Part shown: piece after piece, positions 50,233-60,374 of the stretch
Numbering within the stretch: position 1 is the first letter of the stretch
Layout: each line of letters begins with the position of its first letter
Origin: Squalus acanthias
Taxonomy: Eukaryota
Assembly (NCBI GenBank): GCA_030390025.1
Contig: CM059433.1
Location: 108,376,001-108,440,000, forward strand
Reading direction: 5' to 3'
DNA: 64,000 nucleotides
Made by a program: the position numbers and the translations under genes
Notes under the pieces: generated by a model
The model's database searches: none
Told to the model about the DNA's origin: nothing
Seen by the model: the letters and a program-made list of their open reading frames with translations, nothing else

Positions 50233-50414
50233 CTTAAATGTGTGCTCCTCTTTCTCATGATGGGTAATAATTCAAGTGTTAACTGGAAAGCAGTGTTTTG
50301 TTTTTAGGACCAGTGCTCTACTTTCAAAAGTATTCTTGGGTTTATAAATTACAGATTATTTGATGTAACAAGAATATCTTCTATTAGTGCATTTAAGAGC
50401 ATTTATTATTTCAG

Positions 50415-50527
50415 GAAAATGAAAGACTTTACACACAGGTGAAAGAGCTTCAGGTCCTTAATAAAAGAAATGAAGAGAAAATGTTGACAGAAACTCAGCA
50501 CTTAATGGCTGAACTGCGTCGAGTAAA
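50415..50527 (+). CDS. CEP162: CEP162 coding exon (ENERLYTQVKELQVLNKRNEEKMLTE...)
   Basis: Acceptor atttcag, donor gtaagg, 113 nt. Matches recalled human ENERLYNQVKDLQEQNKKNEERM. Confidence 0.94.
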
Positions 50528-50634
50528 GTAAGGCTTTAAATATTCTCTGTTTAGAAGTTCATGTGTGCATTGATGGTCTTAATTCCTAAATGACTTGTTT
50601 GTTTGTTTAAAGTAATAATACCAAATTTCAGCTG

Positions 50635-51080
50635 TTGCTCAGTTGGCAGCACGCTCGTCTCCGAGTCAGAAGGTTGTGGGTTCAAGTCCCACTCCAGGGA
50701 CTTGAGCACATAAAGCTCGGCTGACACTACAGTGCAGTGCTGAGGAGGTGCTGAACTGTTGGAGGTGACGTTAAACCGAGGCCCCGTCTGTGCTCTCAGG
50801 TGGACATAAAAGATCCCATGGCACTATTTCGAAGAAGTGCAGGGGAGTTATCCCCGGTGTCCTGGCCAATATTTATCCCTCAACCAACATAACAAAAACA
50901 GATTATCTGGTCATTATCTCATTGCTGTTTGTGGGACCTTGCTGTGCGCAGATTGGCTGCCGCGTTTCCCACATTACAACAGTGACTACACTTCAGAAGT
51001 ACTTCATTGACTGTAAAGCGCTTTGAGACCTTCGGTGGCCGTGAAAGGCGCTATATAAATGCAAGTCTGTCTGTCTGTCT
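50635..51080 (+). mobile_element. SacSINE1-like DeuSINE, full length
   Basis: tRNA head with B-box gggttcaagtcc, Deu-domain, and tail aaaggcgctatataaatgcaagtct. Confidence 0.88.
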
Positions 51081-51261
51081 TTCAAATACCTTTAAGTGCC
51101 ATACAGTCTTATTCAACAGTATCAGCAAAAGTACTTTTATCACTGCAGTGGAGCCCTTGAAAGTGGCATAATTCCTGCTGAAAGCTATTGCAAGCTATCC
51201 CATGCCTCACTGTTTTGGAGATGTGCATTATATTTGTGCTGCTTCACGTGTTTCTATTATC

Positions 51262-51566
51262 CGTTTTTCGGATGAGACGTTAAACCGAGGCCCCGTCTGC
51301 TCTCTCAGGTGGACGTAAAAGATCCCATGGCAGTATTTCGAAGAAGAGCAAGGGAGTTATCCCCGGTGTCCTGGCTAATACTTCTCCCTTAACCAAAACA
51401 GATTATCTGGTCATTATCACGTTACTGTTTGTGGGAGCTTGCTGTGCGCAAATTGGCTGCCGCGTTTCCCACATTACAACAGTGCCTCCACACTTCATTG
51501 GCTGTAAAGTGCTTTGAGATGTCCGGTGGTCGTGAAAGGCGCTATATAAATGCAAGTCTTTCTTTC
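51262..51566 (+). mobile_element. SacSINE1-like DeuSINE, 5'-truncated
   Basis: Closely similar to 50765-51070. Confidence 0.85.
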
Positions 51567-51775
51567 TATGATACATTAGATGATTATTCTGTGCCCTTTC
51601 ACTTCCCATAATGACTGTTGTTTAGGGGGTGAAGACTGCAGTTATAAAATATGTGCAGTTTTCTTAAAGCACAAAAGACTGTTGTAAAATGCAGGCTACC
51701 GTATTGTCTGTGTGGCATTTTGCAAGTTTCTGGGAGGGGAAAACTGGCACAAAAGCATATCTTGCCATTTTAACA

Positions 51776-52914
51776 TGAAGGGATATTTACTAATCCTAGC
51801 CCCTTTAGGGCTACCCCGGATCAGGCGTAATTCTCAGACGTTCACTTTCAACTAAAGTTTGAGGTAGCTGAATCCTAAAGACGCTTAATTGGATCTAAAG
51901 GTCCGGGATATCTCTCTCTAAAGGAAAGGAGCAACCCGAGAATGTTATCATCCTCCAGATAGCGCTTTTAATAAGTTTAGCTAGAGTGTAACGTCCCGGA
52001 TATTATGATGGTCGGAAAACTCCCTCAGAATTCTGTAACTCTTCACCTAAGAGTGTACAGAAATTGAGTTTGCGAGTTATTGATACAGAAGACTTATGTG
52101 AGACAATTCTAAAAATATATAGAGATTTATTAAAAGAACCGACATGCAATTTACAGTTGGTGAATCAGTCAATCGCAACATTAACAGTTCTAAAAAGAGT
52201 AAAAATGCTATCTTTTTAACAGAGAATCTTACTTTTAAATCTTAACTTCGCTACAGTATTACAGTTCTTAAAGGTTTCTATACAGGATATCCATCAATAT
52301 CAAATACCTTTGAACCCCGAAGTACAAAGAGTTGGAGACTACAGAGCCGCCTCTGTAGCCGAGAATCGCTTTGCCCGATTAAAGTGAGTCTGATATCCCA
52401 TTTGAAACTTCAATATTTATACCCTTTTCCAGTGGTATTTCCTTTAAAGTTTCTGCTGATGCAAGTTAATTATCCCTATTCATCTTTCTGCCGACCTCTG
52501 CAATTCTTACTGCTACATCAACCAGAATTTAGTCTTATCTCCAGGTGTTCTAGGGTCACCATATACAACGATGTGAAAGGCAGGTGTTCCTTATTTTATG
52601 TCATCTTTACGAGAGCAGATGTTCCTTATCTTATGTGCCATCTTTACGAAGTTTAAATTCAAACACCTTATCCAGGGTGAACCATTGTTTTTGTTTCCAA
52701 AGGTCAGCCTGTCGGAGCCATGCACCTTCTGTTTCAATAAGGTTATTTATTCAGGGTCAACAACTGCCTTATCTCAATAGCCAGAATTCTTTCATAGCTA
52801 TTTCATAGTTAGGTTTCTAAATTTCCAAACCCAGTTTGTCATGTTTTAATAAGGCCAGAATTCTTTCATAAGATAGTGTATTTTTCTGAATAGGTTATAT
52901 GGCTTATTCCTTCA
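51776..52914 (-). mobile_element. Probable ERV solo LTR (~1.14 kb)
   Basis: TG...CA ends with a 9/10 inverted repeat (tgaagggata/tattccttca). Minus-strand TATAAA at 52416-52421, AATAAA at 52126-52131, U3-type direct repeats. No clean TSD. Confidence 0.65.
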
Positions 52915-53243
52915 CAAATGAGCTTTAAAAGATGATAAAATACCAATGTGATTTGCTGAGAATTGACACTGCCTTGTATGTATATGTCATTATCATTTTT
53001 TTAATTCATTCTCGTGATGCAACCCTGCTACGGCTAGCATTTATTGCTCATCCCAAGTTGCACTGGTTTCATGCAACTGAGTGACATGCTTGACTACTTC
53101 AGAGGGCACTTAAATCAACCACATTAATGTGGGACTGGAGTCACATATAATCCAGACCAGCAAGAAAAGCAGGTTTCATTCCCTAAAGGGCATTAGTGAG
53201 CCAATTGGATTTTTATAACAAAAAAAATCCAACTGGTTCTGAC

Positions 53244-53383
53244 CAATATTCTCTGTAATTTTGTTTGGCGCCAGGCTGCGCGGGCCATTCAAAATACCGC
53301 GCCTGTGTGGTTTTTACATTGAAAAGCCAGTTGCGCGGAGTCCCTGGAGCGCTGCGTGGCCATGCAGCTTACAGAGAACATTG
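53244..53383. mobile_element. 140-bp hAT-type MITE
   Basis: TIR caatattctctgtaa/ttacagagaacattg and 8-bp TSD gttctgac/gttctgat. Inserted within a SINE (53000-53525). Confidence 0.8.
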
Positions 53384-53774
53384 GTTCTGATGGCTTCTTG
53401 GTCTCATTTTAATTTCCAGATTTTTTTTTAAAAACTGAATTCAAATTTTCAAAATGCCATGATGGGAGTTGAACTCGCGTTGTCTGGATTATTAGCCCAG
53501 TAACACAATCACTACTACTGTACTCTTCTATGGTAATATTTAACATAATCCTTGCAAAGACTGAATGCAACACCTTTGTGCATAGGTACAACTCCTGAGC
53601 AGCCTTTTTTTCAGTAGACTCACTGTTGATTGCTTTTACAGACTGTCACTGCCTAATATATTGGCTTTCCTTAAATTGTCAGATGACTGAATCACCATTT
53701 TTTGGTAATTTTTCTTAAACTTAATTTAAATTCTTTGAGATATTCAGAAATGATCAGTTTTAATAGAGTCTGCT

Positions 53775-54240
53775 AACTTTCTGGACTCAACATCGAGTTC
53801 AACAATTTCAGACCATAACCTCTGCCCCTATCATTTATTTATTTATATATATTTTTTCTTTCTCTCTCACATGGCAGCTGTCGATCATTCTGCCATTGCC
53901 ATTTACACTTCATCTAGTCATCTTTTGTTTCTTAACTTGTCCCATTACCATCTCCTTATGCCTTGCACCATCATCCCTTTTGTCTCTTAATCTCTCCTGC
54001 CTTCCATCTCCTGCCTTCCATCCTATCACTGTTCTTTCCTCCCCTCCCCCCTTTCCCTGCCCCATCACTTGCTTAAAAACCTGTTACATCTCCAACTTTT
54101 TCCAGTTCTGACGAAGGGTCATCGTCCTGAAACGTTAACTCTGTTTCTCTCTCTACAGATGCTGCCTGACCTGCTGAGTATTTCCAGCATTTTCTGTTTT
54201 TATTTCAGATTTCCAGCATCCGCAGTATTTTGCTTTTGTG
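53775..54240 (+). mobile_element. Penelope 3' end plus pLTR
   Basis: End of the GIY-YIG ORF (tctggactcaacatcgagttcaacaatttcaga = SGLNIEFNNFR) followed by the pLTR. Confidence 0.88.
54104..54140 (+). ncRNA. Minimal hammerhead ribozyme motif, sense to the CEP162 pre-mRNA
   Basis: AGTT-CTGACGA-AGGGTC-atc-GTCCT-GAAA-CGTT-AACT, with an imperfect stem II. Confidence 0.7.
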
Positions 54241-54449
54241 TCAATTACATATTGTTGGACTGGAGTCGTGCAGACTGGATCAAGTAGAGATGGCAGGTTC
54301 CCTTCCCTAAACAACATTATGACAATCTGGCAGCTTTCAGGGACTTTTTCTGGTTCTAGCCCACAATTTACCACATTTATTGAATTCAATTTTACAAATT
54401 GCCATGGTTGGATTTGCTAGTCCAGTACATAATCACCAGGCTACAGTAT

Positions 54450-54870
54450 GAAAGAAAGAAAGAACCTGCATTTATATCGCACTTTTCATGACCTCAGAAT
54501 ATCCCAAAGGGGTTCACAGCCGATTAAGTACTTTTGAAGTACAATCACTTTTGTAACGTAGGGAAACATGGCAGCCAATTTGTGCGCAGCAAAGTCTCAC
54601 AAACAGAAATGAGATATGTAACCAGATAATCTGTTTTAGTTATGTTGGTTGAGGGATAAATGTTGGTCAACTCCTCTGCTCTTCTTCGAATAGTGCCTTG
54701 AGATCTTTTGTATTCACCTGAGAGAGCAGACTTGATTTAACCTCTTATCCAAAAGACAGTACTGCACTGAAGTGTCGGCCTAAATTATGTGGGCCAGTGC
54801 TGTACTGGGGTTTGAACCCATGATATTCTGACTGAGAGGCGAGAGTGTTACAACTGAGCCATGGCTGACA
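54450..54870 (-). mobile_element. SacSINE1-like DeuSINE
   Basis: (aaag)n tail, body antisense to 50635-51080, head at ~54800-54865. Confidence 0.8.
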
Positions 54871-55102
54871 TCCTAAAGGAAGAGACTCCACTATTGGTGG
54901 ATTCCATCCTTTTCTGCATCACCTGGAATGTACCACTAAATTCTAAATAGCCACTAGATATGTGAACAAATTGGTAGATTGTTCAATCAAGAATGACTAG
55001 ATTTAACTGTGTTTAAAACAAATCCTAAAGAACAAGTTTCTATTTAATTTTTGACAGTGCATTTGGAAAGAAAAGGTAATTTTGTGGCATTTTCCTCATT
55101 AG

Positions 55103-55217
55103 GGAGCAGTCGAACAAGAATAATGTGACGCAAGCATCAGTCCATGACGTACAGTTATCTGAGCAAATTAAAAATCAGAATATTACTGACCTGCTTTCAC
55201 AGCTGAGAGTAACACAG
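55103..55217 (+). CDS. CEP162: CEP162 coding exon (EQSNKNN...NQNITDLLSQLRVTQ), GC donor
   Basis: Acceptor ttcctcattag, donor CAG|gcaagt, 115 nt. Matches recalled human NQNFTDLLAELRMAQ and is phase-compatible with the next exon. Confidence 0.9.
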
Positions 55218-56862
55218 GCAAGTACCTGTCTCAAAACATGATGTACATTTCCACAGAAAAGCATGAGGTAATGTGTTATTAGCTTTGTCATTTCTATATC
55301 ACAATGTTTGAAAAGGCCATTGTTATAATAGCACCAAATATCCATGGGGACAGGTGCATACTGGCAAATGTAGATGTGCCACCAAAGCTCGCGGGGCTCA
55401 GGGTAGATCCCTTTGTTATAATTCCAGTGGAGGGAGCCCGAGCCAGTAGGAACACATTCGTGATGCAAACCATGGTAGAAAGGCCAGAAAATTTGTTACG
55501 GCTGCTGGTTTCTTCCAGTAGGGTGGGGGACAGGGGGAAATAAGTTGTAGGTGCCTGTGGGAGGCAATTAAAAAAAATATATATATATTTTCTTTGGGCG
55601 TCTAATTCACAATTCTGAACTGGATCCCACAGTTGGGCTCCACTTCCACTGTTTAGCAGGTAGATGTGTCTGGTTTCGGCAGGTGTACCTCTGCCAGGAC
55701 CTTCTGAGGGCTGGGAAAGTGGTAACTGCTGAAATAAGGAGTTCCCACCCTTGGCTTTGCCACCTTTTGCACCAGTGGCCTTGTTTGGGTTAGGCAGAGG
55801 TTCCACTTCCATCAGGCCATCCCAGCAACCCCAGTGCAAGGTCAGAACCTGGGCTCATTTCTGGTCCTTCTGGTGGACTCATGCCAAGGTTACAGGGGAA
55901 TGAACCAAAGAGGCCACAAATTTTTGGGGTCACTGACTACACTGCTCTGAATGATTAGGAGGTAGAAGCAGTGTGAAACTAATCTTTGTATGTTCTGATT
56001 GTGCAAGAAAAGGCTGTCTTTGTTCTTTCTGGACAATTTTTTCTTCTTTTGGTAACTTGTGATTTCTCTCCTTTTTTCTTTGTTATTTAGGTTTATCCTT
56101 TTGTGTTGGGAAATGCTGTTAAGGTAGAAATATAAATGATAATAGTAGGCATTCAATGAAAAGAATCTTGTGAAGAACAAGAGCAAAATGATTTTGCGTG
56201 AATATATAAAACTGCCTAGTTTCAAATATATAAAAGTGAATGCAGAAAAGGAAACCCAAGCATGAATCACACTTACTGTAGTTTTACTGCCACTTTAGCA
56301 TTGATAAGAGGGAGTTTCTGCTTCATAGCAACTCAAAAGTAGTAGTATAACATAATTTAACCTTTGAATACATTTACACAGGAGGAGGAATAACCCCTGG
56401 GAGGGGAGTCGTCAGACTCATTTTTCAGTGTGCAGCTGGCAGTATAACACTAAAGGTGTTACGGTGGTACATGGAGAGTATTAAGAGCCAGTTACCACCA
56501 AACTCAACACATGATTTACTACTTTTGAACATGAATGATAGTTTACTACAGACATTAATATGCAAACCATCCAACTGTATACTACATATAATCATGCAAA
56601 TTATTAGTTTAAAAACAAGAAACAAACTACATCATATTTATCTGACTTTATAAGATAAATTTTGCAAGGTGTCGCAAGGGGCAGTGAATGAGGGAAAATT
56701 GTGTGAAAAGCACCATTAAGAAACAATCCAAGTTCCGGACAGCATTAGTTTGCAGTAAAACAGTTTGTAAATGTGATGGAGACAATTATGGATGAAAAGA
56801 TTATGTGATTATATTGAGATGTGTACATAAGTGCCAAAAATAAATGGGATCTTGCACACAAA

Positions 56863-57356
56863 GGGCTGGATTTTCATTGACCCGTGGAGGTGGATTTGGA
56901 GGCGTGTGGGGGGTTAAAATTGTGAAAACTGGCGGGCGGGCACAAGCCCGCCTCCATCCCGCCTCCACGCAATTTTCATTAAATCGTGTCTGCTGGTCCC
57001 GACTCCGTCCCACCTCTTAAAGGCGGGATAGGCTGTTAAGGCCCTTAACAAGCACTAAATTGCCTCTATAATGGCATTTTGAAAGGCTTTTGTGATTTTA
57101 ACCCTTTTTCTACGTGAAGCACGCCTGTTCTGAACCACGAATGTGAAACCTGGCGGGAGCACATTTGGATAGGCCTGGCTGGCTGGCTATGTGGATGGAT
57201 GCATATATGGATGGATGGGGAGGAGACATATCTGGGAGTGGTGGTGTAAAAATATCTGGGAGCAGACTTAGGGCTGCTGCTGCTCATTTTGCATCCAGGT
57301 CCTCTCACAGCAAAGGCCAGGCAGTCTTTGAAGACCTTCAATGCAAAATCCAGCCC
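56863..57356. mobile_element. Harbinger-like MITE, internally deleted copy
   Basis: TIRs gggctggatttt/aaaatccagccc. Lacks ~190 bp present in the 57496-58147 copy. No matching TSD (aaa/ttg). Confidence 0.85.
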
Positions 57357-57495
57357 TTGAAGTTATAAGTGTCAATATTTTTCAGATATTGAATACATGA
57401 AACGCTCAGACACTCTCATGAGAGCTGACAAGACTTATCCACTAATACAAAAGCAAAATACTGCAGATGCTGGAAATCTGAAACTTGGAAGTATA

Positions 57496-58147
57496 GGGCT
57501 GGATTTTGATACTGGGGCGGGCTGGGGTCATGTCATCCACTTTTCGTGTTATCCACCCGACTCCAATTGGATGTGGGAGATTGATGCAATTTTCACCTAA
57601 TTGGGCAATTGAGTTCCAGCATGTGGGAACCCATGAACCAATTAGTGTTTTCAGTCTGAAAGTCGCCTCTGATGATGTCATCATTACTGCTGCATTGAAG
57701 GTCTTCAAAGACTGCCTGGCCTTTGCTGTGAGAGGACCTGGATGCAAAATGAGCAGCAGCAGCCCTAAGTCTGCTCCCGGATATTATTACACCACCACTC
57801 CCAGATATGTCTCCTCCCCATCCATCCATATATGCATCCATCCACATAGCCAGCCAGCCCTATCCAAATGTGCTCCCGCCAGGTTTCACATTCGTGGTTC
57901 AGAACAGGCGTGCTTCACGTAGAAAAAGGGTTAAAATCACAAAAGCCTTTCAAAATGGCATAATAGAGGCAATTTAGTGTTTGTTAAGGCCCTTAACAGC
58001 CTATCCCGCCTCTAAGAGTTGGGACCAGCAGACACGATTTAATGAAAATTGCATGGAGGCGGGCTTGTGCCCACCCGCCAGTTTTCACAATTTTAACCCT
58101 CCACACGCCTCCAAACCCACCTCCACGGGTCAATGAAAATCCAGCCC
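57496..58147. mobile_element. Harbinger-like MITE, complete copy inverted relative to 56863-57356
   Basis: TIRs gggctggatttt/aaaatccagccc with ATA TSD. Confidence 0.88.
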
Positions 58148-58761
58148 ATAGTTTACTGTCCATGGATGGCTTCAGTATACCATAAAAATACTCTGAGTTG
58201 TTTACTAGGTGCTAACCTCTTTAGTAGTTTCTGCATTAAATTATATCTCTTATTTTAATTATAGTTTAAAAGAAGCAAACTAGGGGGTATATGTTAACCT
58301 CAAACCCTAGTGAAAGTAATCTTGTTACCTGACAAATAAGAATTGACATCAACTCCCCAAATTGGTCACTTTTTTTTTAAGTTTCTGAAAGTTCATTTTG
58401 AATTGTTGATAAACTGTTGTAGGTTTTTTTGAGTTTGTGTTACATTCCCTTGGTTAGAATCAAATTTCTACCTCAGTGTTGTGCTCGTTCTCTTAAACGG
58501 TGTACAGGGTAGACTGTACCATAGAGATCTTATTGGCTTTTAGTGCTGTTCTGTAATATGTCATTGGGCAGTTCATTTGTTTTGCAGGACAGTGAAAGTT
58601 CTGTGACCTTTTCCTACCCTCCAGAATGAAGCAGCTTGCTTCCACAAATTGTATCCATAATCGGTCCTGGCTAAAGGCTGAGTTTCAAGCAGATCTTCTG
58701 AGCAGGAGCTTAATGCTCTACCTCTATGTTTTATTTGTTTTATTTGATTCTCACCTTTCAG

Positions 58762-58888
58762 AAAGAAGAGGTTAAACGTACAGAAGAGATTAAAAAACTT
58801 AAACAAGAGAAGCAAGCATTAGAGGTGGACCTAGAAAAGATGAAGAAAGAGTGCAATATGGCTAAAGTACAACTTACTTATACTTCAG
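58762..58888 (+). CDS. CEP162: CEP162 coding exon (KEEVKRTEEIKKLKQEKQALEVDLEKMKKE...YTS), GC donor
   Basis: Acceptor cctttcag, donor CAG|gcaagt, 127 nt. Matches recalled human IKRLKQDKQALEVDFEKMKKE. Confidence 0.92.
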
Positions 58889-59814
58889 GCAAGTTATCAG
58901 TTGTACAGTTTAACCCCTTTAGATCATGTAGAAGCTCTCCCATGGTTCTTGGGTTAATGCATTTTCAAAGCTAAATAACTGGTCAACAGATTATAGGAAG
59001 ACAGTAAGCCATCAGTAGACTTGAATTTTAATTAATTTTAGCACATTGTATTTTGTGTCACAATTTTGCAATAATGTAAAGACACTCTTATCTACATTTT
59101 GAGACTACCCTAAAAAGCAGTGTTTTGGGCAGGAGAAGAGCATTGGTCCATCTAGCATATGCTTCCAAAACAGTTTCCTTACTCTTATTCTGGAATTAAT
59201 CTCCCTTTACATCCTTTCCGAATGGGCATTCATCTAATCCATTTTTAAAAACTTGATATGGTTTTCTGTTCTCCCATCTGTTCCACAATTCCAGCATCCT
59301 CTGATATGTTGCTTAAATTTCCTATTTCCTTTCGACCACCTTTACTTTAAACTGTGTTTCCTTGGTTCTCAAATTTGGTGGCAGATGGAACTTTCCCCGA
59401 TCTAAATTCTCCATACCTCCTGCAGATTGAATTGAAGATTGCTGTTAAAGCCACCCCCCGTCCCTCTCACTCTCTGCTTCTCCAGTCCTAGTGTAGACAA
59501 TTTGGAGTAGATTTTCAACTTACCCCTCAGACGTAAAACTGACGTTGCGGATTGGCTGCCAATTAAAGAAACCGCCTGGTTTTAATTTCCACTGTTATCA
59601 AGGCTTTCAGAATTTCTTTCATCCTTCTGCTACTTCCCTTTAAAAGGCGAAATCCCTTTAAGGTTCGCTTGTATGTATTTATCTGCTCTCGCCACTAGTG
59701 TGCTCTCTGCGGCCTTTAAATCTCCAACTGGAGCTATGCTTATGAGCTAACTTCAGAAAATTGAGTGCAAACTGGACAATTCCATGTCCGTCTGTCTAAA
59801 ACTTGCATCTAACC

Positions 59815-60000
59815 ATTCAGCAACAACTATTTGCACTTATATAGTGCCTTTAACATAGAAAAACATCCCTAGGCACTTCACAAAGACATAATCAAAAAAA
59901 ATAATAGCTGAGCCAAAGATGGGGATATTGGGAGGGGTGACCTAAAGCATGGTCAGAGAAGTGGGTTGTAAGGAGGGGAGGATGGTGTCGAGGCAAAGAT
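59815..60000 (-). mobile_element. L2-type LINE 3' end
   Basis: caacaac...ttatatagtgcctttaacatagaaaaacatccc tail. Confidence 0.6.
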
Positions 60001-60210
60001 CGGAATGTGGAATAGACCCAAATAAAATAGTGACAGCGAAAATCCTGAATTCATTGGGGAAACAAGTGGATACTACAGTGAGGATACTTGAAGATGTGGC
60101 TGGATGAATGAATTAAGATGGGTAGAATGGCTTTCCTCATCTGTAGTTATCTTGTGCATTTATTTTTATCACAAGTCATATTCCTAATTTTTTTTAAATA
60201 TTTTATCCAG

Positions 60211-60374
60211 GTGATAAAGAATTTGAGATGAAAATAATGGAAGAACAGTACAAGCAAGAAATCCATCGTCTCAACAAGAGGTTACAGTGGTATGCTGAAA
60301 ACCAGGAGATGCTGGATAAGGATGCAGCACGGCTTAAAGCAGCAACTGTAGAGATCGAGAAGCTGAAGGAACAG
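60211..60374 (+). CDS. CEP162: CEP162 coding exon ([42 protein letters not shown]...EQ)
   Basis: Acceptor ttttatccag, donor CAG|gtacag, 164 nt. [15 protein letters not shown] is characteristic of CEP162. Confidence 0.95.

Noticed and set aside
58589-58760. Alternative acceptor tttgttttgcag upstream of exon 58762
   Set aside because: In-frame stop and no homology. A poison-exon role cannot be supported without transcripts.
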